From assembly GCA_018829565.1 (NCBI GenBank), contig JAHJTW010000142.1, forward strand, positions 1 to 51,207: DNA of 51,207 nt, given 5' to 3'. Below the pieces are notes generated by a model. That model made no database searches and was not told the origin of the DNA. It was given only the letters and a program-made list of their open reading frames with translations. Both the position numbers and the translations under genes were made by a program. Positions 9,812 through 18,725 of this stretch are shown in pieces. Source of the DNA: a bacterium. GTDB lineage: Bacteria > Krumholzibacteriota > Krumholzibacteriia > LZORAL124-64-63. Positions within the stretch are counted from its first letter, which is position 1, and each line of letters begins with the position of its first letter.

Positions 9812-10278
9812 GCGACGGCCCCCTCCCTCCGGTAGCGGCGAAGGATCTCCACCACCGACTCGGGCGTGACCTCCCCGTGCACCTGGCCGTTGACCGCCAC
9901 CAGGGGGGCCAACCCGCATGCGCCCAGGCAGGAAACGACCTCGAGGCTGAACAGGCCGTCCCGCGAGGTCTCGCCATCCTCGATCTTCAGGGTGCGCTTG
10001 ATGGCGGCGAAAACGCCCAGGGAACCCTTCACGTGGCACGCCGTCCCCCGGCACACCTGGACGTGGTAGCGGCCAAGAGGCTGGAACCGGAACTGGTTGT
10101 AGAAGGTCGCCACTCCGTAGATCCTGCTGGCCGGCAGGTCGAGGTGGGTCCCCAGCTCGGCCACCGCCGCGCGGGAGATGTAGCCCTCGGCTTCCTGGAC
10201 TTCCTGGAGCAGAGGGATGAGGGCGTCGCGCCCGGCCCCGGGATGCGCGGCAAGGATGTCGGGCACCGTCCTGTTCAC
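9808..10278 (-). CDS. hydC: NuoE-like [2Fe-2S] subunit (HydC/HndA)
   Basis: YGVATFYNQF, CRGTAC...CLGAC; GTG start overlaps the rex stop (GTGA 10275-10278). Confidence 0.92.
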   Translation of the reverse strand: MNRTVPDILAAHPGAGRDALIPLLQEVQEAEGYISRAAVAELGTHLDLPASRIYGVATFYNQFRFQPLGRYHVQVCRGTACHVKGSLGVFAAIKRTLKIEDGETSRDGLFSLEVVSCLGACGLAPLVAVNGQVHGEVTPESVVEILRRYRREGAVA

Positions 10279-10925
10279 ACCTTCACTCCCTTGCCGCAGC
10301 AACCGAAGAAAGCCGCCCGCACCAGGGAGATCCCGATGTCGGTGTCCTCGACGTAGATCCCTTCAGGGACGTGCAGGCGGTTGGGGGTGAAGTTCAGGAT
10401 GCTGCGCACACCTGCCGACACCAGCCGATCGGCCCCGTTCTGGGCCTCGTTCTCCGGCACCGCCAGGATGGCCATGCGGATGTCCTGGTCCCGCACGGTG
10501 GCCTCGAGTTCACCCAATCCCAGGATGGGGATCCCGTGCAGCCGGCTGCCCACCAGGAAGATGTCCGATTCGAAGGCGGCGACCAGTTCCATCCGGGGGT
10601 GATTGCGCTGGAAGAACTGCAGGATGGCCCGGCCCAGGTTCCCCGTTCCGATGAGGATGACCCGCGCCTCGTCCGCCACTCCGACCTTCTCGTGGATCGC
10701 CTCGGCCAGCTTGTCCACCTCGTACCCGTGCTGGGCGCTGCCCTGGTAGCCGATGCCCATGATGTCCTGGCGGACCTGGGACGGGGTCACCCCCGCACTC
10801 CAGGCCAGTTCCCGCGAGTAGACCCAGCCCACGCCGCGCGCCCCCAGATCCTGCAGGAAACGCAAATAGAGGCACAACCTGCCGATGACCCTGGGGCTCG
10901 TTCCCGTCGCGTTTCTCGTCCTCAC
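10275..10925 (-). CDS. rex: Redox-sensing transcriptional repressor Rex
   Basis: RLCLYLR...SRELA...QVRQD...HGYEV winged helix; GTGNLGRA Rossmann motif; ILNFTP. GTG 10925 has a GGGGAGGG RBS; the ORF-track ATG at 10964 lies inside a Rex-like box and lacks an RBS. Confidence 0.9.
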   Translation of the reverse strand: MRTRNATGTSPRVIGRLCLYLRFLQDLGARGVGWVYSRELAWSAGVTPSQVRQDIMGIGYQGSAQHGYEVDKLAEAIHEKVGVADEARVILIGTGNLGRAILQFFQRNHPRMELVAAFESDIFLVGSRLHGIPILGLGELEATVRDQDIRMAILAVPENEAQNGADRLVSAGVRSILNFTPNRLHVPEGIYVEDTDIGISLVRAAFFGCCGKGVKV

Positions 10926-10953
10926 CTCGACCCTCCCCGTTCGGGACCTAACG

Positions 10954-10971
10954 TTGTCAAACATTTAACAT
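10954..10971. promoter_or_regulatory. Rex-like operator 1 (TTGTCAA-ACAT-TTAACAT)
   Basis: 18-bp imperfect palindrome fitting the TTGTGAA-N4-TTCACAA Rex pattern, just upstream of rex. Confidence 0.75.
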
Positions 10972-11022
10972 ATGGGCGATATGCGGAAATTTATGAAGGA
11001 GTGTGGGATGGTCAAGGAAAAA

Positions 11023-11040
11023 ATGTTAATTATTTGACAA
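11023..11040. promoter_or_regulatory. Rex-like operator 2 (ATGTTAA-TTAT-TTGACAA)
   Basis: Its reverse complement matches operator 1 at 16/18 positions; the two boxes flank a candidate minus-strand TTGACC-N16-TAAATT promoter (11015-10988). Confidence 0.75.
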
Positions 11041-11190
11041 TTCTGGCTCGTGGTGATTCCCGCGAATCGGCCGATAACGGAGCAATCTTGAGGATGTGAT
11101 TTAAGTTATTTTCTTTAAATAATTTAAGACAATTGATCCGGTCAATCTCCTCCTCGACCCAGGGGGACATCCGGCGGTCCGTCCCGACGC

Positions 11191-11217
11191 AAAGGCCCCC
11201 GCGCCTGCAGGGGCCTT
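11191..11217 (-). terminator. Possible terminator hairpin after the BNR/VPS10 gene
   Basis: AAGGCCCC...GGGGCCTT 8-bp stem; only a short U run. Confidence 0.4.
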
Positions 11218-11243
11218 GCCGTTCCAGCCTCCGGTGCCGCGTG

Positions 11244-14200
11244 CTACTCCCGGCTCTTGAATTCCTCCTCCGTGAGCACCGGGACCGGAGCCAGGCCCGC
11301 CTCCGCCAGGCGGGCGTTCAGGCCGTCCAGCCGGGCCCCGGCCAGTTCGCCGAACCGCCGGTCGGCGTCTTCGATGTCCCTGCGGAACACCTCCAGGCGA
11401 TCCACCTGGGATTTCGTCGGCCGTCCTCCGAAGCCGCTCACCGCGGCGTACAGCCGGACGACGTTCTCCCGCAATCGCCGCTGCCCGCTGATGCCCTGCA
11501 CTTCCCCGGTCACCACCAGATCGCCGTGCAGGACGTCGAGTTCGTCCGCGAGACCGCGCAGATCGGCGGCCAGGGCCTCGCCCGCCGCCGGGTCATCCGC
11601 CCGGGCCACCACGGAGTCCCTCGCCGAGGTGACCGCGTCCGCGACGTAGGCCAGGCGGGCCAGCATGCCGTAGAGCTCCTGGACGATGCGCTGCTGCTCG
11701 GCGCGGTCGGCGCGGGAGTGCGGGTAATCCTCGTCGTAGGTCACCGCGACCGTGCCCTCGTGGACCTCCTTGCCCTTGGTCAGCCGGTAGGCGTACACCC
11801 CCTCGGGAGCGGCGGGACCCACCGCGCCGGCGTACGAGGTCGCCGGATCGAGGGTCGGCGACGGGGCCACCTTGGGCGGCTTGAGACGCGGGGACCAGCT
11901 GACGATGTTCAGCCCCTTGCGCTTGCTGCCGGGCAGGACCTTGAGCAGTTCGCCTTCGGGAGTGAAGATCTCGAGCTTCATCTCGCCGAACATGTGCCGC
12001 TTCTTCAGGTAGTAGACCATCCGGGCGGACCGGTCGGGATTGCCGGCGATGTAGTAACCGTCCCCGGGCGAGAAGGACTTCCACACGGGGGTGCTCAGCA
12101 CCGCCGGACTGGACTCCAGGATCGCCACCTCGGCGTCCAGCACCGGGGCGGTGATCTGGCGCAGGGGCGAAAGGTCGTCCAGGACCCAGACACCCCGGCC
12201 GTGGGTGCCGATCACCAGGGATCCCGTGCGCTCCTGGAAGACCAGGTCGTTGACGGGAACCGGCGGGAACTCCTCCTCGAAACGGGCCCAGTGGCGGCCC
12301 CGGTCCAGGGTGACGTACAGGCCGTGCTCGGTGCCCAGGAACAGCAGGTCCGGGTTCACCGGATCCTGGCGGATCACGTGCGCGTAGCCGGCGAGGTCGC
12401 CGGTGGCCAAGGCCTCCCAGGTGTCTCCGCCGTCACCGGTCGCGAACACGTAGGTCGCCATGTCGCCGGTCCGGTGGCCGTCGCAGGTGACGAAGGCCTC
12501 CTGGTCATCGAACCGCGAGGGTTCCACGCAGCTGATCCAGGTGGCGGGGGGCAGCCCCGGCAACCGACCGCTCAGCTCGGTGAACCGGCGGCCGCCGTCG
12601 GTGGTCAGCTGCAGGTTGCCGTCGTCGGTCCCCACCCAGATCACGTCCGGGTCCAGGGTCGAGGGCCCGATGGTGAAGATCGTGCAGTGATTCTCGGCGG
12701 TGGTGTTGTCGATGGTCAGGCCGCCCGACTCCTCCTGCCGCAGCTTCTGCGGGTCGTCGGTGGTCAAGTCGCCCGACAGCCGCTCCCAGGACTCGCCCCG
12801 GTCACGGCTGACGTGCAGGAACTGGGATCCGGTGAACAGCCGCGCGCGCTTGCCGCCCGTGGTCACCACCGGGGTGTTCCAGTTCCAGCGGAACTCGGGT
12901 TCGCCGGCGCCGGGCAGGGGCTTGACGTCCTTGCTCTCCCCGGTGCGCAGGTCCATGCGGTTGAGGTTGCCGCCCTGCCACTCCCAGTACACCAGGTCCG
13001 GGTCGGTCCGGTCGATGGCCACGGCGAAACCGTCGCCCCCGCCCAGGTTCTCCCAGTCGCCGTTCTCGATGCCGCTTGGCGAACGCGAGGGGGCGTACCA
13101 GCTGCCGTTGTCCTGCAGGCCCCCGTAGATGCGGTAGGGTCGGCGGTCGTCCACCGCGACCCGGTAGAACTGGGACACCGGGAGGTTGGCCGCGTGCATC
13201 CAGCCGTCCCCGCGGTTGTAGGTGGTGTACACCCCACCGTCGTTGCCGGCGATCATGTGGGTCGGATCATCCGGATCGATCCACAGGGCGTGCTGGTCCA
13301 CGTGCATCCAGCCGCCGAGGCCGCCGAAGGTCTTGCCACCGTCCCGGGTGACCAGGAGCGGTTGGCTGGTCTTGTAGCAACGGTCGGGATCCCGGGGATC
13401 GGGGATCAGCAGATGGAAGTAGAAGGGCCGGCCCTTGATACCCTCCTGGGTGTTGACCTTCTCCCAGGCGGCGCCGGCGTCGTCGCTGCGGTAGAAGGCC
13501 GACTCGGCCGACTCCACCGCCGCATAAATGCGGTCGGGATCCGCCGGGCTGACCGCGATGGCGATGCGGCCCAGCTCACCCTCGGGCAACCCTTGGCGCA
13601 GCTCGGTCCAGGTGGTCCCGCCGTCGGCGCTCTTGTAGAGGCCGCTGCCCGGGCCGCCGGAGCGGAAGGTGTAGGGCAGCCGCCGGAAGTCCCACATCGC
13701 CGCGTACAGCACGGCCGGATCCCGCGGATCCATGGCGATGTCGCTGCAGCCGGTGTTCCCGTCGATGAAGAGGATCCTTTCCCAGGTCGCCCCGGAATCC
13801 GTGGTCCGGTACAGGCCGCGCTGGTCGTTCGCGTTCCACAGGTGGCCCAGCACCGCGACGTAGACCGTGGCCGGATCCGTGGGATGGATGATGATCTCGG
13901 CGATGCGCTCGCTGTCCTGCAGCCCCATCCGGGTCCAGGTGTCGCCGCCGTCGGTGGTCCGGTACACCCCGTCGCCCACCGAGACGCTGTTGCGCACCCA
14001 GACCTCGCCCGTGCCCACCCAGACGGTGTCGGGGCGCGCCTGGTCGATGGTGATCGCCCCGATGGACTGGTTGTGCTTGTCGAAGACCGGCTTGAAGGTG
14101 ACCCCGCCGTTGCGGCTCCTCCAGACGCCGCCCGATGCGGCGCCCACGTAGATGGTCTTGCCGCCCCCGTGCACGGCGTCGAGAGCGGCGATGCGGCCGC

Positions 14201-14360
14201 TCATGACGGCGGGCCCGATTTCCCGGGCCCGCAGATCGCCGAAGACGTGGCTGCCGATCTCGATGCCGGCGGTGGAGTTTTCCCCGCCGGCCCGGGCCGC
14301 ATCCGGCCCCGTCGCCAGGGCCAGCAGGCCCAGGCACGTCCAGAGAATCCTGTTCAGCAT
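11244..14360 (-). CDS. Secreted BNR/Asp-box beta-propeller protein (VPS10/sortilin-like, often annotated glycosyl hydrolase)
   Basis: Signal peptide MLNRILWTCLGLLALA; REIGPAVMSGRI; many Asp-boxes (SRNGGVTF, TTDGGDTW, SADGGTTW, SRDRGESW); GTHGRG; helical C-terminus. Confidence 0.85.
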   Translation of the reverse strand: MLNRILWTCLGLLALATGPDAARAGGENSTAGIEIGSHVFGDLRAREIGPAVMSGRIAALDAVHGGGKTIYVGAASGGVWRSRNGGVTFKPVFDKHNQSIGAITIDQARPDTVWVGTGEVWVRNSVSVGDGVYRTTDGGDTWTRMGLQDSERIAEIIIHPTDPATVYVAVLGHLWNANDQRGLYRTTDSGATWERILFIDGNTGCSDIAMDPRDPAVLYAAMWDFRRLPYTFRSGGPGSGLYKSADGGTTWTELRQGLPEGELGRIAIAVSPADPDRIYAAVESAESAFYRSDDAGAAWEKVNTQEGIKGRPFYFHLLIPDPRDPDRCYKTSQPLLVTRDGGKTFGGLGGWMHVDQHALWIDPDDPTHMIAGNDGGVYTTYNRGDGWMHAANLPVSQFYRVAVDDRRPYRIYGGLQDNGSWYAPSRSPSGIENGDWENLGGGDGFAVAIDRTDPDLVYWEWQGGNLNRMDLRTGESKDVKPLPGAGEPEFRWNWNTPVVTTGGKRARLFTGSQFLHVSRDRGESWERLSGDLTTDDPQKLRQEESGGLTIDNTTAENHCTIFTIGPSTLDPDVIWVGTDDGNLQLTTDGGRRFTELSGRLPGLPPATWISCVEPSRFDDQEAFVTCDGHRTGDMATYVFATGDGGDTWEALATGDLAGYAHVIRQDPVNPDLLFLGTEHGLYVTLDRGRHWARFEEEFPPVPVNDLVFQERTGSLVIGTHGRGVWVLDDLSPLRQITAPVLDAEVAILESSPAVLSTPVWKSFSPGDGYYIAGNPDRSARMVYYLKKRHMFGEMKLEIFTPEGELLKVLPGSKRKGLNIVSWSPRLKPPKVAPSPTLDPATSYAGAVGPAAPEGVYAYRLTKGKEVHEGTVAVTYDEDYPHSRADRAEQQRIVQELYGMLARLAYVADAVTSARDSVVARADDPAAGEALAADLRGLADELDVLHGDLVVTGEVQGISGQRRLRENVVRLYAAVSGFGGRPTKSQVDRLEVFRRDIEDADRRFGELAGARLDGLNARLAEAGLAPVPVLTEEEFKSRE

Positions 14361-14407
14361 GGTTCCCCCATACGGCAGGGGCCGCGTGGCCCGTCCCGGC
14401 TGTGATG

Positions 14408-15166
14408 CTACTCGGTCTTGGCGGCGGGGGCGGGCATCGCGAACTGGTCGTCGGCGATCTCCACCCCGTACTCCACCGTTTCCATCATCATCTGCATCAT
14501 GGTCACGCCGTTGCTCTTGGTCTCGACGGCGAAGGGCATGACGATCCCGTCCACTTCCTGGTAGTCGCTCATGTAGCTGTCCTGCTCGACCACGGTCTCG
14601 TCGATGGTGATGGTCGAGTGGCTCTTGATGGGCAGGTAGTATTCCTTGTCGATGAACATGTCCACGATGATGTCCAGCTTGGTGTCGATGCGGAGCTTGT
14701 GGCACGGGGTGCCCTCGACGTCCTCCTCGCCCAGGTACTCGACGGTGTAGCCCTTGTCCTTGTAGCCCACCAGGGCGCCGTCCATGTCCGCCTGCAGGGA
14801 AAAGCCCTTGTTGGTGACCTCGTCCATGGGCTGGGGATCCATGGATCCCATCATGGGGTTGATGGACCAGCCCTGCTCGCCGTCGTAACCCTGGGTCATG
14901 GTCATGCCCATGACCTGGGCCTCGATGCGCAGCTTGTCGGGCCGTTTCTGGAACATCGTGAAGGGGATCTCCATCCCCTGGGCCATGACCTTGCCGGTGA
15001 TCTTCGCCGACGTCTTGCCCTTGATGGCCTTCTCGCCGCCGCTGGCCTCGATGCTCTTCTTGATGAGTTCGTCGGCGTCCATGGCCGCAGCCGTCACGGC
15101 CACACCCAGCATCAGCAACAGGGCGCCGAGGGTCACGAGGGTCGAAATCCGGATCGTCTTCTTCAC
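14408..15166 (-). CDS. Exported protein, outer-membrane lipoprotein-sorting (LolA-like) family
   Basis: Signal peptide; ADELIKKSIEASGG...KRPDKLRIE...GYDGEQGW...SDYQEVDGIVMPF pattern. Confidence 0.65.
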   Translation of the reverse strand: MKKTIRISTLVTLGALLLMLGVAVTAAAMDADELIKKSIEASGGEKAIKGKTSAKITGKVMAQGMEIPFTMFQKRPDKLRIEAQVMGMTMTQGYDGEQGWSINPMMGSMDPQPMDEVTNKGFSLQADMDGALVGYKDKGYTVEYLGEEDVEGTPCHKLRIDTKLDIIVDMFIDKEYYLPIKSHSTITIDETVVEQDSYMSDYQEVDGIVMPFAVETKSNGVTMMQMMMETVEYGVEIADDQFAMPAPAAKTE

Positions 15167-15247
15167 GTCAGGTCCTCCAGGGCAAGTGTGTCGGGTATGG
15201 CGGCCGCGGCGGCCGCCCTTCTTCTCGGCGTTGACTGTCGTTCGCGT

Positions 15248-17530
15248 TCAGTTCCAGACGACGGACCAGCGGCCCGCTCCGTCCGGGCGGATCCCGCCGG
15301 TCCTCGGTTCCTTACCCGGAAGGACCAGCCGGTATTCCCAGTCCGGTCCGGGCTCGCCGAGGAATTCGAGTTCTATCGTGGGATCCCCCTTGTCCCCCTT
15401 CACCGTCAGCAGGCAGGGCGCGGGCCCGATGCGGGTCCGGACTCGCAACTGCGGCCAGGCCGCCGGCAGGTGCGGGGCGATCTGGACCAGCGGCGGATCG
15501 GCGGTCAGGTCCACCTGCAGCCCGGCGTAGTCCTGGGCCGCGTTGCGCAGCAGCTCGGCCAGGGACCAGGCCTGGCTGGTGGCCCCGCCGAACTCGTCGT
15601 TGCTCGCGGCCTTCGCCCCGTCCCGGATCTCCTGCAGGGTGCCGACCGCCCCCTCGTCCAGGATCTCGTCGAGCAGCATCCGGGTCTGGCCGAAGCCGTC
15701 CGTCGGGTCGTTCAGCGCGGAGACGTACGCCCCGGAGAGCCACAGCCACACGTCGCCGTTGTGGTACGCCTCGTCATAGTAATAGTTGCCCAGGTCCAGG
15801 TGCCGGGGATGGAAAGCGTGATCGGCCACGTTGAGGGACAGGACCCCCCACGGCTCGACCACTTCCCGGGCCGCCTCGGCGGTGACGGCCTCCCTCTGCT
15901 GGGGCGTGAACAGGGTCGGCGAGGCCAGGATCGCCAGCAAACCGTTGGGCCGGATCTGCCCGTCCCGGGTGCCGTCGGGGTTCAGGTGGTCGACCAGGCG
16001 CCCGTCCTGCCAGAACCGGGCGTGGAACGCGGCGGCCAGCTTGTTCGCCAGGTCGACGTAGCGATCCGCGGCTGTCAGGTCGCCGGCGGCTGCGGCCAGG
16101 CGGGAGGCGGTCAATAGACCCCGGTGCCACAGGGCCTGCACCTCGACCGCCCGGTTGCCCCGGGGCGAGTAGGGATGCTCGGTGCCGCCGGCGTCCATCC
16201 AGGTCTCCCCGTCGCCGTGGACCAGGAACAGCTCGCCGTCCACCGCGGTGGCCAGGGCCCCCTCGACCGCCCGCTCCACCACCGGGGCCATGTCGGCGGC
16301 GAAGGCCGTGTCGCCCGACCAGCGCCACAGCTCGTCCACCGCACGCGTGAACCACCAGGTGCCGTCGATGCTGGCGTACTGCACCTGGTCGACGGTCACG
16401 AAGTTGGGCACCCGGCCGCGACGCGGGCTGCCGGGGTCGATGTCCTGGTAGTCGGCGAACGAACGCAGCAGGGCCTGGGCCGTTTCGAAATCACCGCTGG
16501 TGATGCAGGCGCCCGGCAGGCTGATGAATGTGTCGCGGCCCCAGTAGGTGGTGAACCAGTAGAACCCCGCGTAGATGCCCAGCCCGCGCTGGTTCATGAT
16601 CAGGTTGTCCAGCGAGATGCGGGCCCAGGCCAGGGCGCGGTCGTCCCGTTCGTCGCCGGTGGCGATGGCGGTGCGGTCGACGAGCTCCTGCAGGCGGTCG
16701 CGGCGGGCGAGCGCAAGGTCGAAGGCCGCGGCCATCAGGTTCCCCGCGCGCACGGCGGCGTCTTCGGGCTGGATGTCTGCGGCGAAGACCGCCTCGACCC
16801 GACCGCCGGGCACCTGGGGCGGGATGCGCCCGTCGATCGACCCGGGCAGGTAGGGAGAGGCCTCGGCCATGGCCTTGCGGGCCAGGCTCTTGGGGTAGGT
16901 CACGGGCTGGAAGCGGCCGTCGGGGGTGAAACCCGCCGCCCCCCGCACCTTGATCGCCAGCCAGCGCGGATGGGCGGGGTCGGGCTCGGCGGTCAGGGCG
17001 TCCTGGCGGCAGACCAGCAGGGCGCCGTCCTCCCAGCGCACCTCGTAGCCCGGCCGGCCCACCTTCCACAGGAAGCGCATGTCGATGCGGGGCACGAAGG
17101 CGAAGGTCCCCGAGGGCACCCCGTCGTAGACCACCCGGAACCCGTTCTCGCGGTCGAACAGCTCGACGGTCTCGGTCACCGTGCTCCCGTCGGGCAGCCG
17201 GTGCAGGCGGACCAGGCGGTCGGGGGCGACCGTGGCCTCGACCGCGGTCCCGGGGCCCAGCTCGGTCCCGTCCTCCAGCCTGAGGGTCCAGCCGTCCACC
17301 ACCTCGTGCATGGCGACGTAGAAGCCGTGGTAGCTGCGGGTGTCCGGGCCGATCGCCTCGCCGGCCAGGTGGGCGGCGCCCTTGTCGGTGAAGATGAATT
17401 CCCGGGGATGGTCCGGGGTCACGGGTATCGCCAGCTCGTCCAGGGTGACGCCGGCCGCAGGATGGGCTGCGCCGCCCGCCCAACCGGCCAGGGCGGCCGC
17501 AGCCAGGATCGAAAGAATTCGCTTGTCCAT
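15248..17530 (-). CDS. Secreted amylo-alpha-1,6-glucosidase / glycogen-debranching-like (alpha/alpha)6 glycoside hydrolase
   Basis: AGFYWF..WGRDTFISLPG, TWMDA, AVEVQALW, QIRPN, YHNGDVWLWL, SQAWS motifs; signal peptide from ATG 17530. Confidence 0.8.
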   Translation of the reverse strand: MDKRILSILAAAALAGWAGGAAHPAAGVTLDELAIPVTPDHPREFIFTDKGAAHLAGEAIGPDTRSYHGFYVAMHEVVDGWTLRLEDGTELGPGTAVEATVAPDRLVRLHRLPDGSTVTETVELFDRENGFRVVYDGVPSGTFAFVPRIDMRFLWKVGRPGYEVRWEDGALLVCRQDALTAEPDPAHPRWLAIKVRGAAGFTPDGRFQPVTYPKSLARKAMAEASPYLPGSIDGRIPPQVPGGRVEAVFAADIQPEDAAVRAGNLMAAAFDLALARRDRLQELVDRTAIATGDERDDRALAWARISLDNLIMNQRGLGIYAGFYWFTTYWGRDTFISLPGACITSGDFETAQALLRSFADYQDIDPGSPRRGRVPNFVTVDQVQYASIDGTWWFTRAVDELWRWSGDTAFAADMAPVVERAVEGALATAVDGELFLVHGDGETWMDAGGTEHPYSPRGNRAVEVQALWHRGLLTASRLAAAAGDLTAADRYVDLANKLAAAFHARFWQDGRLVDHLNPDGTRDGQIRPNGLLAILASPTLFTPQQREAVTAEAAREVVEPWGVLSLNVADHAFHPRHLDLGNYYYDEAYHNGDVWLWLSGAYVSALNDPTDGFGQTRMLLDEILDEGAVGTLQEIRDGAKAASNDEFGGATSQAWSLAELLRNAAQDYAGLQVDLTADPPLVQIAPHLPAAWPQLRVRTRIGPAPCLLTVKGDKGDPTIELEFLGEPGPDWEYRLVLPGKEPRTGGIRPDGAGRWSVVWN

Positions 17531-17599
17531 CCCCGATTCCCCTCTACTTTGATGCGCCGGTTCCCGGTCGCGCTCCAGACATCTACCCGGTGGTCCGCC

Positions 17600-17956
17600 A
17601 TGAACCGCACCCTCGTGACCGTCGCCCTGCTCTGCCTGAGCAACGTCTTCATGACCTTCGCATGGTACGGCCATCTGCGCAATCTTTCGCACAGGCCGTG
17701 GATCATCGCGGCCCTGGTCAGCTGGGGCATCGCCCTGTTCGAATACCTGCTGCAGGTGCCCGCCAACCGCATCGGCCACCAGACGATGACGGTGGGGCAG
17801 TTGAAGATCCTGCAGGAGGTGATCACCCTGACGGTGTTCGTGCCGTTCGCCGTCTTCTACCTGAGGGAAAAGCTTACCCTGGACTACCTGTGGGCCGGGC
17901 TATGCCTGCTGGGAGCGGTGTTCTTCCTGTTCCGGGCCCGGCTGGCGGGGGGTTGA
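17600..17956 (+). CDS. DMT-family small membrane protein (DUF486-like)
   Basis: SNVFMTFAWYGHL...SWGIALFEYLLQVPANRIG...QLKILQEVITL; four hydrophobic segments. Confidence 0.85.
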   Translation: MNRTLVTVALLCLSNVFMTFAWYGHLRNLSHRPWIIAALVSWGIALFEYLLQVPANRIGHQTMTVGQLKILQEVITLTVFVPFAVFYLREKLTLDYLWAGLCLLGAVFFLFRARLAGG

Positions 17957-18004
17957 CTCAGGCCCTCCCCCGTAGGATCATCATGGCCAACGAGGGGGGA
18001 GACC

Positions 18005-18667
18005 ATGCCGAGAATCCTGACCGCCATCCTGACCTGCCTGCTGCTCGCCCCGGCCGCCCTGGCCGACCAGACCGTCCTGCTTCCCATCCTCTGCGGCCAC
18101 GACGAGAGGGAGGACGCCCCGTCCCCCTGCCTCCAGGAGGACGCCTTCACCGCCGGGGTGGCCTCGGCCGACCTGTCGCTGATGACCGGCGGCCAGAGCT
18201 GGGGCTGCAACTCCGAGTGGGCCGCGTTCGTGGAGTTCGACCTGTCCTGGCTGCCCCCTGGCCACCAGGTTCTTTCGGCCGTTCTGACCGTCCGCAAGAC
18301 CGGCTACTCCGACGACTCCCAGGGCTTCTTCTACCTGGGGGTCTTCCCCTACTTCGCCTCGGGGGGCCCCATGGCCGTTCCCCGCGACGACCTGGATCCC
18401 GACACCGCCCTGGACGTGACCTACCCCCCCGCAGCCAACGTCGACCTGGTGCTGGACGTCACCGCCGGCGTTCAGGACCTGCGCCTCAACGGCCACGACC
18501 GCATCGGCCTGATCCTGGCGGGCATCTACTCGGAGGCGGGGTACGAGGACTGGATCTCCATCGGCGGCTGCGGACATCCGAACCCGCCGCGCCTGGCCCT
18601 CGAGTACGAGGGTACGGTCGATGCCGAGGCGCAGTCCTGGTCCGGGGTGAAGTCCCTGTTCCGGTGA
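18005..18667 (+). CDS. Secreted hypothetical protein with C-terminal SWSGVKSLFR motif
   Basis: GGGGGAG RBS; signal peptide ending ALA; beta-rich body (FVEFDLS...SAVLTV...DVT...PRLALEY) reminiscent of DNRLRE-like domains. Confidence 0.75.
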   Translation: MPRILTAILTCLLLAPAALADQTVLLPILCGHDEREDAPSPCLQEDAFTAGVASADLSLMTGGQSWGCNSEWAAFVEFDLSWLPPGHQVLSAVLTVRKTGYSDDSQGFFYLGVFPYFASGGPMAVPRDDLDPDTALDVTYPPAANVDLVLDVTAGVQDLRLNGHDRIGLILAGIYSEAGYEDWISIGGCGHPNPPRLALEYEGTVDAEAQSWSGVKSLFR

Positions 18668-18673
18668 CGAATC

Positions 18674-18701
18674 GGGGCTCCCGGCCCGCGCCGGGAGCCC
18701 C
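18674..18701. terminator. Hairpin between convergent genes
   Basis: Perfect 11-bp stem GGGGCTCCCGG / CCGGGAGCCCC with 6-nt loop. Confidence 0.6.
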
Positions 18702-18725
18702 TGCTGCCGCTGGTCCCTCCGATCC

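Noticed and set aside
11090-11140. AT-rich patches (also 47325-47375) as foreign DNA or island boundaries
   Set aside because: Short, intergenic and promoter-like; no integrase, transposase, tRNA or flanking direct repeats.
88-14405. Very long plus-strand ORFs (e.g. 230-3205, 4110-7100, 11133-14405; likewise 40010-42847)
   Set aside because: Antisense shadows of real genes caused by high-GC codon bias; no motifs, RBS or plausible composition.
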